The notes under the pieces are model-generated. The model saw nothing but the letters and a program-made list of their open reading frames with translations, had not been told where the DNA came from and ran no database searches. Below are positions 12,936 to 24,823 of a DNA stretch of 64,000 nt, in pieces. Both the position numbers and the translations under genes were made by a program. Source of the DNA: Sphyrna mokarran (taxonomy: Eukaryota); NCBI GenBank assembly GCA_024679065.1, contig JAGIQG010000077.1, forward strand, positions 62,001 through 126,000, given 5' to 3'. Position 1 is the stretch's first letter. Every line of letters begins with the position of its first letter.

Positions 12936-14780
12936 ATTACTGATTAATCTGAGTGCTTGGGCACAGTACATTTGGTCCCCAACTCCTAATAATCTACCAT
13001 TGATTCCTAGAACGATAAAGTTGCCCTGTGATGTGAGACTGAAAAAATATGTAGAACGGGAAAATGAGACTTCAACGCATTGAAAGGCAATATTTTGAAG
13101 GATAGTGACATGCCAGGTCCGAAAGACTTTGATTCCCCCTTGGCTGGAAAGTATGTCACATAACCTCAGGGTAAAGGAATTGCCATTTCAGAATGCGAGG
13201 AGAAGAATTTTCTGCCCCTAGAGGATAATGCATCTTTAGGCTCTCCCCAAGTGACCTGTCGATGTTCAGTCACTCATAACACGGTCCCTGGAGAAGTGAG
13301 ACAGTGGTGCTATCCACTGTGTCACCATGCCGCCCAGGAACTCAGTCAATGGACTAAAAGTCAACGGTGACTGGCACAAGCAGGATCAATGAATGTAATG
13401 TTGTTACTGGAAAATAAGGGCTCAAACTATGGATCAAACACCTAGGCTCAAAATTCAAATGTGTAAAAAGTATATTGTGTAAAAAGTATTTTGAGTCGGA
13501 GCTATTCGCTCTGTTATGAAACAAGAAACTAGTTCGTATTTTGAAGTCACAAATATTAGAGGAACATTTATTCAAATGTTCCAATTAGACATCCCAGCAG
13601 AATCAGCTGCTTACGTGAAACAAAGCCCTAATTAGGATACGGTTTAGAGCACGGTTTTCCATGATACTTAATGTAAAGCGTCAACATGCACCACCCTAAC
13701 AGACTGAAGACACTTATAAACTGCCAGTGGATCAACTCTTTCGTTTTTGGGAGTTCGAGTTGATCCAAAGAGATTAGTAAAACAGTAAATTCAATATTCC
13801 AGTTTCCCTACAAGACTCTATAGCAATTATTCCAACAGGGAACGTTCAAAAGAATGAGGAGGAACAGAGCTGGATGACCAGAGCTAGATCCATATATCTT
13901 AATGTGAAGGCCCTGGTAGAACGAATTAGTGCCACAACAGGTTGGGAGGTGAACAGAGAGGGCGCTCCTTCCGGAATGGTTGAAATGCTCTGCAAAAAAA
14001 GCTATGACCTTTAAAGTCAAGGAAAATAGAGATTTTCAGCAGAGAACGGGGCTTGGCAGCAGATAGAGAAAGACAGAGGGGCGTTGGCTGTGGCCACGCT
14101 TGCATGGTGTGACCTTAAGAGAGACGCCTCACTCACAGCCCTTTCGGGGACTGTGCAAAAGCAGCAATCGCTGGTCAGATTCTGACGACGTTGAGACAGA
14201 AAGTTGTCAGAGACTATAGCTCAATGTGGTTTTTCGCTTGTTTACAGTTGAGATGCTACGCCTACCCAACTGCCTCCAGAGATCAGACGCTGAGACACAA
14301 TGTAAAACCGCAGACAGTTGGTCATTCGAGATAGGTTTAGCTGCACAGAGAACCTGCTGATCTACAATTAAGCTATATTACAGGAAACTATTCAAAAGAA
14401 TATTTGTCACAATTTGGAAGCATTGCTAGTGTTGATTATAATTTGCAGAAACCCCCTCTGATTCACAACAGACGCACTCATTTCATCTGCAGGTCAGAGG
14501 AACTGCAGTTTGTACATTCTACACTGAAGCAGCAAATCACTGAGATTTCCAACATAATTTCAATCAAATTACATATAATTCATACAATATTTTCACTTCT
14601 CTTTCTTCGGCAGAAATCATGTGCAATCTCTTTACAGAATGAATTAGATTGAACACAATTACATTACAACATGCTGGCACACAGCCCCTGGAACTTGGCT
14701 TCGATTCCTGCCTGGTCACTGTCTGCCTGGAGTCTCAATGTTCTGCTCATGTCTGCGCAGGTTTCCTCTGGGTGTTCGGT

Positions 14781-16617
14781 TAGAACATAGAACATAGAAC
14801 ATTACAGCACAGAACAGGCCCTTCGGCCTTCGATGTTGCGCCGACCAATATAAAAAGCAATGACCCTCCAAACGAAACCATTCCCTTCTCTTCCATATAC
14901 TTATCAACTAACCTCTTAAAACGCCACCAAACTTGGCGCATCTACAACTGCCGCAGGCAGGGCATTCCACTCCCGAACCACCCTTTGGGTAAAGAACCTG
15001 CCTCTGATATCCTTCCTATAACTATCACCCCTTAATTTAAAGCTGTGTCCCCTCGTGCTAGCTTTTTCCATCCTAGGAAAAAGGCTATCACTGTCCACCC
15101 TATCTAAACCTCTAATCATCTTATATCTTTCGATTAGGTCCCCTCTTAGCCGCCTCCTTTCTAACGAAAACAACCTCAAATCCCTCAGCCTCTCTTCATA
15201 AGACCTGCCCTCCATACCAGGCAACATCCTGGTAAATGTCCTCTGTACCCTCTCCAATGCCTCCACATCTTCCTTATAGTGTGGGGACCAGAACTGCACA
15301 CAACACTCCAAGTGCGGCAGCACTAGAGTTTTGTACAGTTGCAACATGACGTTGCGGCTCCGAAATTCAATCCCTCTACCAATAAAAGCCAAGACTCCAT
15401 ATGCCTTCCTAACAACCTTCTCGACCTGACTGCCTACTTTCAGGGGTCTATGCACATACATACCAAGATCCCTCTGTTCATCTAGACTACTAAGAATCCT
15501 ACCATTTGCCCTATACTCTACACATTTATTATTTCTGCCATAGTGCATTACCTCACACTTTTCCACATTAAACTCCATTTGCCACCTCTCGGACCAGCTC
15601 TGCAACTTGTCCAAGTCCCTCTGCAAACTATAACACCCCTCTTCACTATCTACCACTCCACCGACTTTAGTGTCATCTGCAAATTTACTAATCCATCCCT
15701 CAATACCCTCATCCAGATCATTTATAAATTTACAAACAGCAGGGGCCCCAAAACAGACCCCTGAGGTACACCACTTGTCACCGAACTCCACGATGAATAT
15801 CTCCCATCAACCACCACCCTCTGTCTTCTATCTGCTAGCCAATTCCTAACCCAATTAGATAAATCACCCTCTATCCCATACATCTGCATTTTCTGCAGAA
15901 GTCTTCCATGGGCCACCTTATCAAACGCCTTACTAAAGTCCATATATACCACATCAACCGCCTTACCCCCATCCACCTCTTTGGTCACTTTTTCCAAAAA
16001 CTCAATGAGGTTAGTAAGGCACGACCTACCCTTCACAAAACCATGCTGACTATCCCCAATCAATTCATTTCTCTCTAAATAACTATAAATCCTATCCCTA
16101 CTTATTCTCTCCAATACTTTGCCCACAACAGAAGTAAGACTCACTGGCCTATACTTCCCTGGAAGGTCTCTCTTCCCCTTCTTGAACAATGGGACCACAT
16201 TCGCCATCCTCCAGTCCTCCGGAACCACACCCGTAACCAACGAGGACCTGAAGATCAGAGCCAGAGGCTCTGCAATCTCCTCTCTTGCCTCCCCGAGAAT
16301 CCTAGGGTAAATCCCGTCCGGCCCAGGGGACTTATCCAACTTCAAACCCTCGAGAATTGCTAGCACATCCTCCCTATCTACTACAATACTTCCCAATTTG
16401 CAACCCTGTACCTCAGTGTTCTCCATAGCTACATTTCCAGCACTCTGCGTGAATACCGAAGAGAAATATTTATTCAGTGCCTCACCAATCTCTTCAGGCT
16501 CCACGCACAACTTCCCCCTGCTGTCTATGACTGGCCCTAATCTTGCCCTAACCAATCTTCTATTCTTAACATATCTAAAGAAAGCTTTAGGATTCTCCCG
16601 AATCCTATCAGCCAAAG
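14781..16617 (-). mobile_element. CR1/HER1-like LINE copy A, 5'-truncated ORF2 (RT), frameshifted, inserted in an HE1 SINE
   Basis: ORFs contain [36 protein letters not shown] and KFADDTK; (AGAACAT)n tail at 14781; SINE halves on either side with GGTT duplicated. Confidence 0.97.
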
Positions 16618-17139
16618 AGGTTTTCCTCTCACAGTCTGAAAATGTGCAGCCTTGGTGGATTGCTCCTGCTAAATTGCCTCTTCGTGTCCAAAGATGCAAC
16701 GTTTAGCCTGATTAGCCACGTAAATTATCCCTTAGTGTTCAAACATATGCAGGGTAGGTGGATTGACCAGACCCAACTCCCTTTCATGCTTTTCAATGTA
16801 CCGGATAGAAAGATCGATAATGCTAAATTCATAGGATAGGATCATAGAACACCTAATATGTAGATTTCCCCTTTAGTGTCCCGAGGTGCGTAGGCCAAGT
16901 GGATGTTCCGCATCTTCTAGGGGCACTTTATCATTCTGGTATTCCAGCTAATCTGTCCGTGTCGTCTGGAGGTCGAACTCTCACTGTTTGCATGTGCACT
17001 GGCAGGAATACTGAACATGATCAGAGACTGCCTGCAGTGCAGAAGGAAGCACTGATTTACCCAGATCCACATCACCCACCTTATCTCCATAACAACACAC
17101 AATGAACACTAAAAATTCACCTAGAAGATACATCGTTGG

Positions 17140-17490
17140 CACTAATGGGCAATTTAACATCCACACATCTTTGGATACTAAGGAGCAATTTAGCATGGCC
17201 AATCCACCTAATTTGCACATCTTTAGCCATTAAGGGACAATTTAGCACGGTCAATCCACCTAATCTACACATATTTAGACACTAAGGGGCAATTTGGCAT
17301 GGCCAATCCATCTAACCTGCACATTTTGGTCACTAATGTGCAATTTAGCATGGCCAATCCACCTAATTTTCACATCTTTAGACAGTAGGGGACAATTTAG
17401 ATTGGCCAATCCACCTAATCTACGCATAGTTAGACACTAAGGGGCAATTTGGCATGGCCAAACCACCCTAACCTACACATCTTTGGACAT
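17140..17490. repeat. ~56-bp minisatellite derived from the V-SINE core (also 20368-20730, 24093-24362, 11530-11755)
   Basis: Repeated ggcaatttagcatggccaatccacctaa...cacatctttggacactaag. Confidence 0.9.
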
Positions 17491-17951
17491 CACCATTTTT
17501 GAAACAACAATGCACTTCATTCTTGCTAAGGAATACACATCCCGCGAATGAATTGAAATTTAGATGAAATAGAAAACATATCACCAAACAATTAATGTAC
17601 TGTAACACTCCCTGAAGACATGCTGCCTGTTCATCGCTATGACGCACAGTCGATGACCACACTATGTCAAGTGAATGTGGAATTCACCAGCACACCGCAC
17701 CAAACTTGTGTCATAGTTTCCATTGCACGGCCCGTCATAAATTCCACTGTATCTGAAAGAGACCAAGCCCTCTGGGTTTGAGCTAAGGTCAACCTGCAGC
17801 CATTAACCCAACAGAAACAAACAGGTCCACAAAACATGTAGAAATAGCCCGTAAAGATATCCAAAGAATTGTTATATGCAAGATTCATTTTCTTGCTGTT
17901 GCAGGTTTATGTTGAGTAAGAGAGGTAAGAACTGTGTGCTAGAATAAGTAT

Positions 17952-19778
17952 TAGAACATAGAACATAGAATATTACAGCGCAGTACAGGCCCTTCGGCCT
18001 TCGATGCTGCGCCGACCATTATAGAAAAGCAATGACCCTCCAAACTAAACCATTCCCTTCTCTTCCATAAACTTATCAACTAACCTCTTAAACACCACCA
18101 AACTTGGCTCATCTACAACTGACGCAGGCAGGGCATTCCACTCCCTAACCACCCTCTGGGTAAAGAACCTACCTCTGATATCCGTCCTATTACTATCACC
18201 CCTTAATTTAAAGCTGTGTCCCCTCGTGCTAGCTTTCTCCATCCTAGGAAAAAGGCTATCACTGTCCACCCTACCTAAACCTCTAATCATCTTATATGCT
18301 TCGATAAGGCCTCCTCTTAGCCGCCTCCTCTCTAACGAAAACAACCTCAAATCCCTCAGCCTCTCTTCATAAGACCTGCCCTCCATACAAGGCAACATCC
18401 TGATAAACCTCCTCTGTACCTTCTCCAATGCCTCCACGTCTTTCTTATAATGTGGGGACCAGAACTGCACACAATACTCCAAGTGCGGCCGCACTAGAGT
18501 TTTGTACAGTTGCAACATGACGTTGCGGCTCCGAAATTCAATCCCTCTACCAATAATAGCCAAGACTCCATATGCCTTCCTAACAACCTTCTCGACCTGA
18601 ATGCCTACTTTCAGGGATCTATGCACATACACACCAAGATCCCTCTGTTCATCTAGACTACTAAGAATCCTACCATTTGCCCTATACTCTACACATTTAT
18701 TATTTCTGCCATAGTGCATTACCTCACACTTTTCCACACTAAACTCCATTTGCCACCTCTCGGCCCAGCTCTGCAACTTGTCCAAGTCCCTCTGCAAACT
18801 ATAACACCCCTCTTCACTATCTACCCTCCACCGACTTTAGTGTCATCTGCAAATTTACTAATCCATCCTTCAATACCCTCATCCAGATCATTTATAAAAA
18901 TTACAAACAGCAGGGGCCCCGAAACAGACCCCTGAGGTACACCACTTGTCACCGAACTCCACGATGAATATCTCCCATCAACCACCACCCCCTGTCTTCT
19001 ATCTGCTAGCCAATTCCTAACCCAATTAGCTAAATCACCCTCTATCCCATACATCTGCATTTTCTGCAGAAGTCTTCCATGGGCCACCTTATCAAACGCC
19101 TTACTAAAGTCCATATATACCACGTCAACCGCCTTACCCCCATCCACCTCCTTAGTCATTTTTTCAAAAAACTCAATGAGGTTAGTAAGGCACGACCTAC
19201 CCTTCACAAAACCATGCTGACTATCTCCAATCAATTCATTATTCTCTAAATAACTATAAATCCTATCCCTAATTATTCTCTCCAACGCTTTTCCCACCAC
19301 AGAAGTAAGACTCACTGGCCTATAATTCCCTGGAAGGTCTCTCTTCCCCTTCTTGAACAACGGGACCACATTCGCTATCCTCCAGTCCTCCGGAACCACA
19401 CCCGTAACCAACGACGACCTGAAGATCAGAGCCAGAGGATCTGCAATCTCCTCTCTTGCCTCCCAGAGAATCCTAGGGTAAATCCCGTCCGGCCCAGGGG
19501 ACTTATCCAACTTCAAACCTCGAGAATATCTAGCACATCCTCCCTATCTACTTCGATACCTTCCAGTTTGCTACCCTGTACCTCAGTGTTCTCCATAACA
19601 TCACCCTGCGTGAATACCGAAGAGAAATATTTATTCAGTACCTCTCCAATCTCCTCAGGCTCCACGCACAACTTCCCACTGCTGTCTATGACTGGCCCTA
19701 ATCTTGCCCTAACCAATCTTCTATTCTTAACATATCTAAAGAAAGCTTTAGGATTCTCCCGAATCCTATCAGCCAAAG
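17952..19778 (-). mobile_element. CR1/HER1-like LINE, tandem unit 2 (hybrid)
   Basis: RT ORF fragments 18045-19860; same 5' truncation point as copy A. Confidence 0.97.
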
Positions 19779-21193
19779 AGGTTTTCCTCTCACAGTCTGA
19801 AAATGTGCAGCCTTGGTGGATTGCTCCTGCTAAATTGCCTCTTCGTGTCCAAAGATGCAACGTTTAGCCTGATTAGCCACGTAAATTATCCCTTAGTGTT
19901 CAAACATATGCAGGGTAGGTGGATTGACCAGACCCAACTCCCTTTCATGCTTTTCAATGTACCGGATAGAAAGATCGATAATGCTAAATTCATAGGATAG
20001 GATCATAGAACACCTAATATGTAGATTTCCCCTTTAGTGTCCCGAGGTGCGTAGGCCAAGTGGATGTTCCGCATCTTCTAGGGGCACTTTATCATTCTGG
20101 TATTCCAGCTAATCTGTCCGTGTCGTCTGGAGGTCGAACTCTCACTATTTGCATGTGCACTGGCAGGAATACTGAACATGATCAGAGACTGCTTGGTTAT
20201 ACTGGGTGTGGGGGTGCTACTGTGCGCTGTGTTTGGGATGGTTTTCTGTGTGGGTGCCTGCAGTGCAGAAGGAAGCACTGATTTACCCAGATCCACATCA
20301 CCCACCTTATCTCCATAACAACACACAATGAACACTAAAAATTCACCTAGAAGATACATCGTTGGCACTAATGGGCAATTTAACATGGCCAATCCACCTA
20401 ATCCACACATCTTTGGATACTAAGGAGCAATTTAGCATGGCCAATCCACCTAATTTGCACATCTTTAGCCATTAAGGGACAATTTAGCACGGTCAATCCA
20501 CCTAATCTACACATATTTAGACACTAAGGGGCAATTTGGCATGGCCAATCCATCTAACCTGCACATTTTGGTCACTAATGTGCAATTTAGCATGGCCAAT
20601 CCACCTAATTTTCACATCTTTAGACAGTAGGGGACAATTTAGATTGGCCAATCCACCTAATCTACGCATAGTTAGACACTAAGGGGCAATTTGGCATGGC
20701 CAAACCACCCTAACCTACACATCTTTGGACATCACCATTTTTGAAACAACAATGCACTTCATTCTTGCTAAGGAATACACATCCCGCGAATGAATTGAAA
20801 TTTAGATGAAATAGAAAACATATCACCAAACAATTAATGTACTGTAACACTCCCTGAAGACATGCTGCCTGTTCATCGCTATGACGCACAGTCGATGACC
20901 ACACTATGTCAAGTGAATGTGGAATTCACCAGCACACCGCACCAAACTTGTGTCATAGTTTCCATTGCACGGCCCGTCATAAATTCCACTGTATCTGAAA
21001 GAGACCAAGCCCTCTGGGTTTGAGCTAAGGTCAACCTGCAGCCATTAACTCAACAGAAACAAACAGGTCCACAAAACATGTAGAAATAGCCCGTAAAGAT
21101 ATCCAAAGAATTGTTATATGCAAGATTCATTTTCTTGCTGTTGCAGGTTTATGTTGAGTAAGAGAGGTAAGAACTGTCTGCTAGAATAAGTAT

Positions 21194-23023
21194 TAGAACA
21201 TAGAACATAGAACATTACAGCGCAGTACAGGCCCTTCGGCCTTCGATGCTGCGCCGACCATTATAGAAAAGCAATGACCCTCCAAACTAAACCATTCCCT
21301 TCTCTTCCATAAACTTATCAACTAACCTCTTAAACGCCACCAAACTTGGCGCATCTACAACTGCCGCAGGCAGGGCATTCCACTCCCTGACCACCCTCTG
21401 GGTAGAGAACCTACCTCTGATATCCGTCCTATAACTATCACCCCTTAATTTAAAGCTGTGTCCCCTCGTGCTAGCTTTCTCCATCCTAGGAAAAAAGGCT
21501 ATCACTGTCCACCCTATCTAAACCTCTAATCATCTTATATGTTTCAATAAGGCCTCCTCTTAGCCGCCTTCTTTCTAACGAAAACAACCTCAAATCTCTC
21601 AGCCTCTCTTCATAAGACCTGCCTTCCATACCAGGCAACATCCTGGTAAACCTCCTCTGTACCCTCTCCAATGCCTCCACATCTTTCTTATAATGTGGGG
21701 ACCAGAACTGCACACAATACTCCAAGTGCGGCCGCACTAGAGTTTTTGTACAGTTGCAACATGACGTTGCGGCTCCGAAATTCAATCCCTCTACCAATAA
21801 AAGCCAAGACTCCATATGCCTTCCTAACAACCTTCTCGACCTGACTGCCTACTTTCAGGGATCTATGCACATACACACCAAGATACCTCTGTTCATCTAG
21901 ACTACTAAGAATCCTACCATTTGCCCTATACTCTACACATTTATTATTTCTGCCATAGTGCATTACCTCACACTTTTCCACACTAAACTCCATTTGCCAC
22001 CTCTCGGCCCAGCTCTGCAACTTGTCCAAGTCCCTCTGCAAACTATAACACCCCTCTTCACTATCTACCACTCCACCGACTTTAGTGTCATCTGCAAATT
22101 TACTAATCCATCCTTCAATACCCTCATCCAGATCATTTATAAAATTTACAAACAGCAGGGGCCCCAAAACAGACCCCTGAGGTACACCACTTGTCACCGA
22201 ACTCCACGATGAATATCTCCCATCAACCACCACCCTCTTCTTCTATCTGCTAGCCAATTCCTAACCCAATTAGCTAAATCACCCTCTATCCCATACATCT
22301 GCATTTTCTGCAGAAGTCTTCCATGGGCCACCTTATCAAACGCCTTACTAAAGTCCATATATACCACGTCAACCGCCTTACCCCCATCCACCTCCTTAGT
22401 CATTTTTTCAAAAAACTCAATGAGGTTAGTAAGGCACGACCTACCCTTCACAAAACCATGCTGACTATCTCCAATCAATTCATTATTCTCTAAATAACTA
22501 TAAATCCTATCCCTAATTATTCTCTCCAACGCTTTTCCCACCACAGAAGTAAGACTCACTGGCCTATAATTCCCTGGAAGGTCTCTCTTCCCCTTCTTGA
22601 ACAACGGGACCACATTCGCTATCCTCCAGTCCTCCGGAACCACACCCGTAACCAACGACGACCTGAAGATCAGAGCCAGAGGATCTGCAATCTCCTCTCT
22701 TGCCTCCCAGAGAATCCTAGGGTAAATCCCGTCCGGCCCAGGGGACTTATCCAACTTCAAACCCTCGAGAATATCTAGCACATCCTCCCTATCTACTTCG
22801 ATACCTTCCAGTTTGCTACCCTGTACCTCAGTGTTCTCCATAACATCACCCTGCGTGAATACCGAAGAGAAATATTTATTCAGTACCTCTCCAATCTCCT
22901 CAGGCTCCACGCACAACTTCCCACTGCTGTCTATGACTGGCCCTAATCTTGCCCTAACCAATCTTCTATTCTTAACATATCTAAAGAAAGCTTTAGGATT
23001 CTCCCGAATCCTATCAGCCAAAG
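21194..23023 (-). mobile_element. CR1/HER1-like LINE, tandem unit 3 (hybrid)
   Basis: RT ORF fragments 21287-23105; same 5' truncation point as copy A. Confidence 0.97.
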
Positions 23024-23564
23024 AGGTTTTCCTCTCACAGTCTGAAAATGTGCAGCCTTGGTGGATTGCTCCTGCTAAATTGCCTCTTCGTGTCCAAAGA
23101 TGCAACGTTTAGCCTGATTAGCCACGTAAATTATCCCTTAGTGTTCAAACATATGCAGGGTAGGTGGATTGACCAGACCCAACTCCCTTTCATGCTTTTC
23201 AATGTACCGGATAGAAAGATCGATAATGCTAAATTCATAGGATAGGATCATAGAACACCTAATATGTAGATTTCCCCTTTAGTGTCCCGAGGTGCGTAGG
23301 CCAAGTGGATGTTCCGCATCTTCTAGGGGCACTTTATCATTCTGGTATTCCAGCTAATCTGTCCGTGTCGTCTGGAGGTCGAACTCTCACTGTTTGCATG
23401 TGCACTGGCAGGAATACTGAACATGATCAGAGACTGCCTGCAGTGCAGAAGGAAGCACTGATTTACCCAGATCCACATCACCCACCTTATCTCCATAACA
23501 ACACACAATGAACACTAAAAATTCACCTAGAAGATACATCGTTGGCACTAATGGGCAATTTAAC

Positions 23565-23724
23565 ATAGAACATAGAACAATACAGCACAGAACAGGCCCT
23601 TCGGCCTTCGATGTTGTGCCGACCAAAATAAAAAGCATGCCCCTCCTAACTAAACCATTCCCTTCTCATCCATATACTTATCAACTAACCTCTTAAACGC
23701 CACCAAACTTGGCGCATCTACAAC
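23565..23724 (-). mobile_element. Short CR1 3'-end insertion unique to unit 3
   Basis: Tail + 3'UTR; absent at the homologous AACAT|GGCC site in unit 2. Confidence 0.9.
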
Positions 23725-23810
23725 AGGCCAATCCACCTAATCCACACATCTTTGGATACTAAGGAGCAATTTAGCATGGCCAATCCACCCAATTTGCACA
23801 ATTTGCAATT

Positions 23811-24092
23811 TGCTAGCACGAGGGGACACAGCTTTAAATTAAGGGGTATGAGTTATAGGACGTATATCAGAGGTAGGTTCTTTACTCAAAGAGTGATTAG
23901 GGAGTGGAATGCCCTGCCTGCAGCTGTTGTAGATGCGCCAAGTTTGGTGGCGTTTAAGAGGTTAATTGATAAGTATATGGAAGAGAAGGGAATGGGTTAG
24001 TTGGGAGGGGCATTGCTTTTTATTTTGGTCGGCACAACATCGAAGGCCGAAGGGCCTGTTCTGTGCTGTAATGTTCTATGTTCTATGTTCTA
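23811..24092 (+). mobile_element. Short CR1 3'-end insertion unique to unit 3
   Basis: Encodes ASTRGHSFKL...KYMEEKG, then 3'UTR and (TTCTATG)n; absent in units 1 and 2. Confidence 0.92.
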
Positions 24093-24823
24093 TCTTTAGC
24101 CATTAAGGGACAATTTAGCACGGTCAATCCACCTAATCTACACATATTTAGACACTAAGGTGCAATTTGGCATGGCCAATCCATCTAACCTGCACATTTT
24201 GGTCACTAATGTGCAATTTAGCATGGCCAATCCACCTAATTTACACATCTTTAGACAGTAGGGGACAATTTAGATTGGCCAATCCACCTAATCTACGCAT
24301 AGTTAGACACTAAGGGGCAATTTGGCATGGCCAAACCACCCTAACCTACACACCTTTGGACATCATCATTTTTGAAACAACAATGCACTTCATTCTTGCT
24401 AAGGAATACACATCCCGCGAATGAATTGAAATTTAGATGGAATAGAAAACATATCACCAAACAATTAATTTACTGTAACACTCCCTGAAGACATGCTGCC
24501 TATTCATCGCTATGACGCACAGTCGATGACCACACTATGTCAAGTGAATGTGGAATTCACCAGCACACCGCACCAAACTTGTGTCATAGTTTCCATTGCA
24601 CGGCCCGTCATAAATTCCACTGTATCTGAAAGAGACCATGCCTCTGGGTTTGAGCTAAGGTCAACCTGCAACCATTAACCCGACAGGAACAAACAGGTCC
24701 ACAAAACATGTAGAAATAGCACGTAAAGATATCCAAAGAATTGTTATATGCAAGAATCATTTTCTTGTTGTTGCAGGTTTATGTTGAGTAAGAGAGGTAA
24801 GAACTGTCTGCTAGAATAAGTAT

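Noticed and set aside
17140-17490. CRISPR-like array
   Set aside because: The whole ~56-bp unit is repeated with no unique spacers; it is SINE-derived and in a vertebrate genome.
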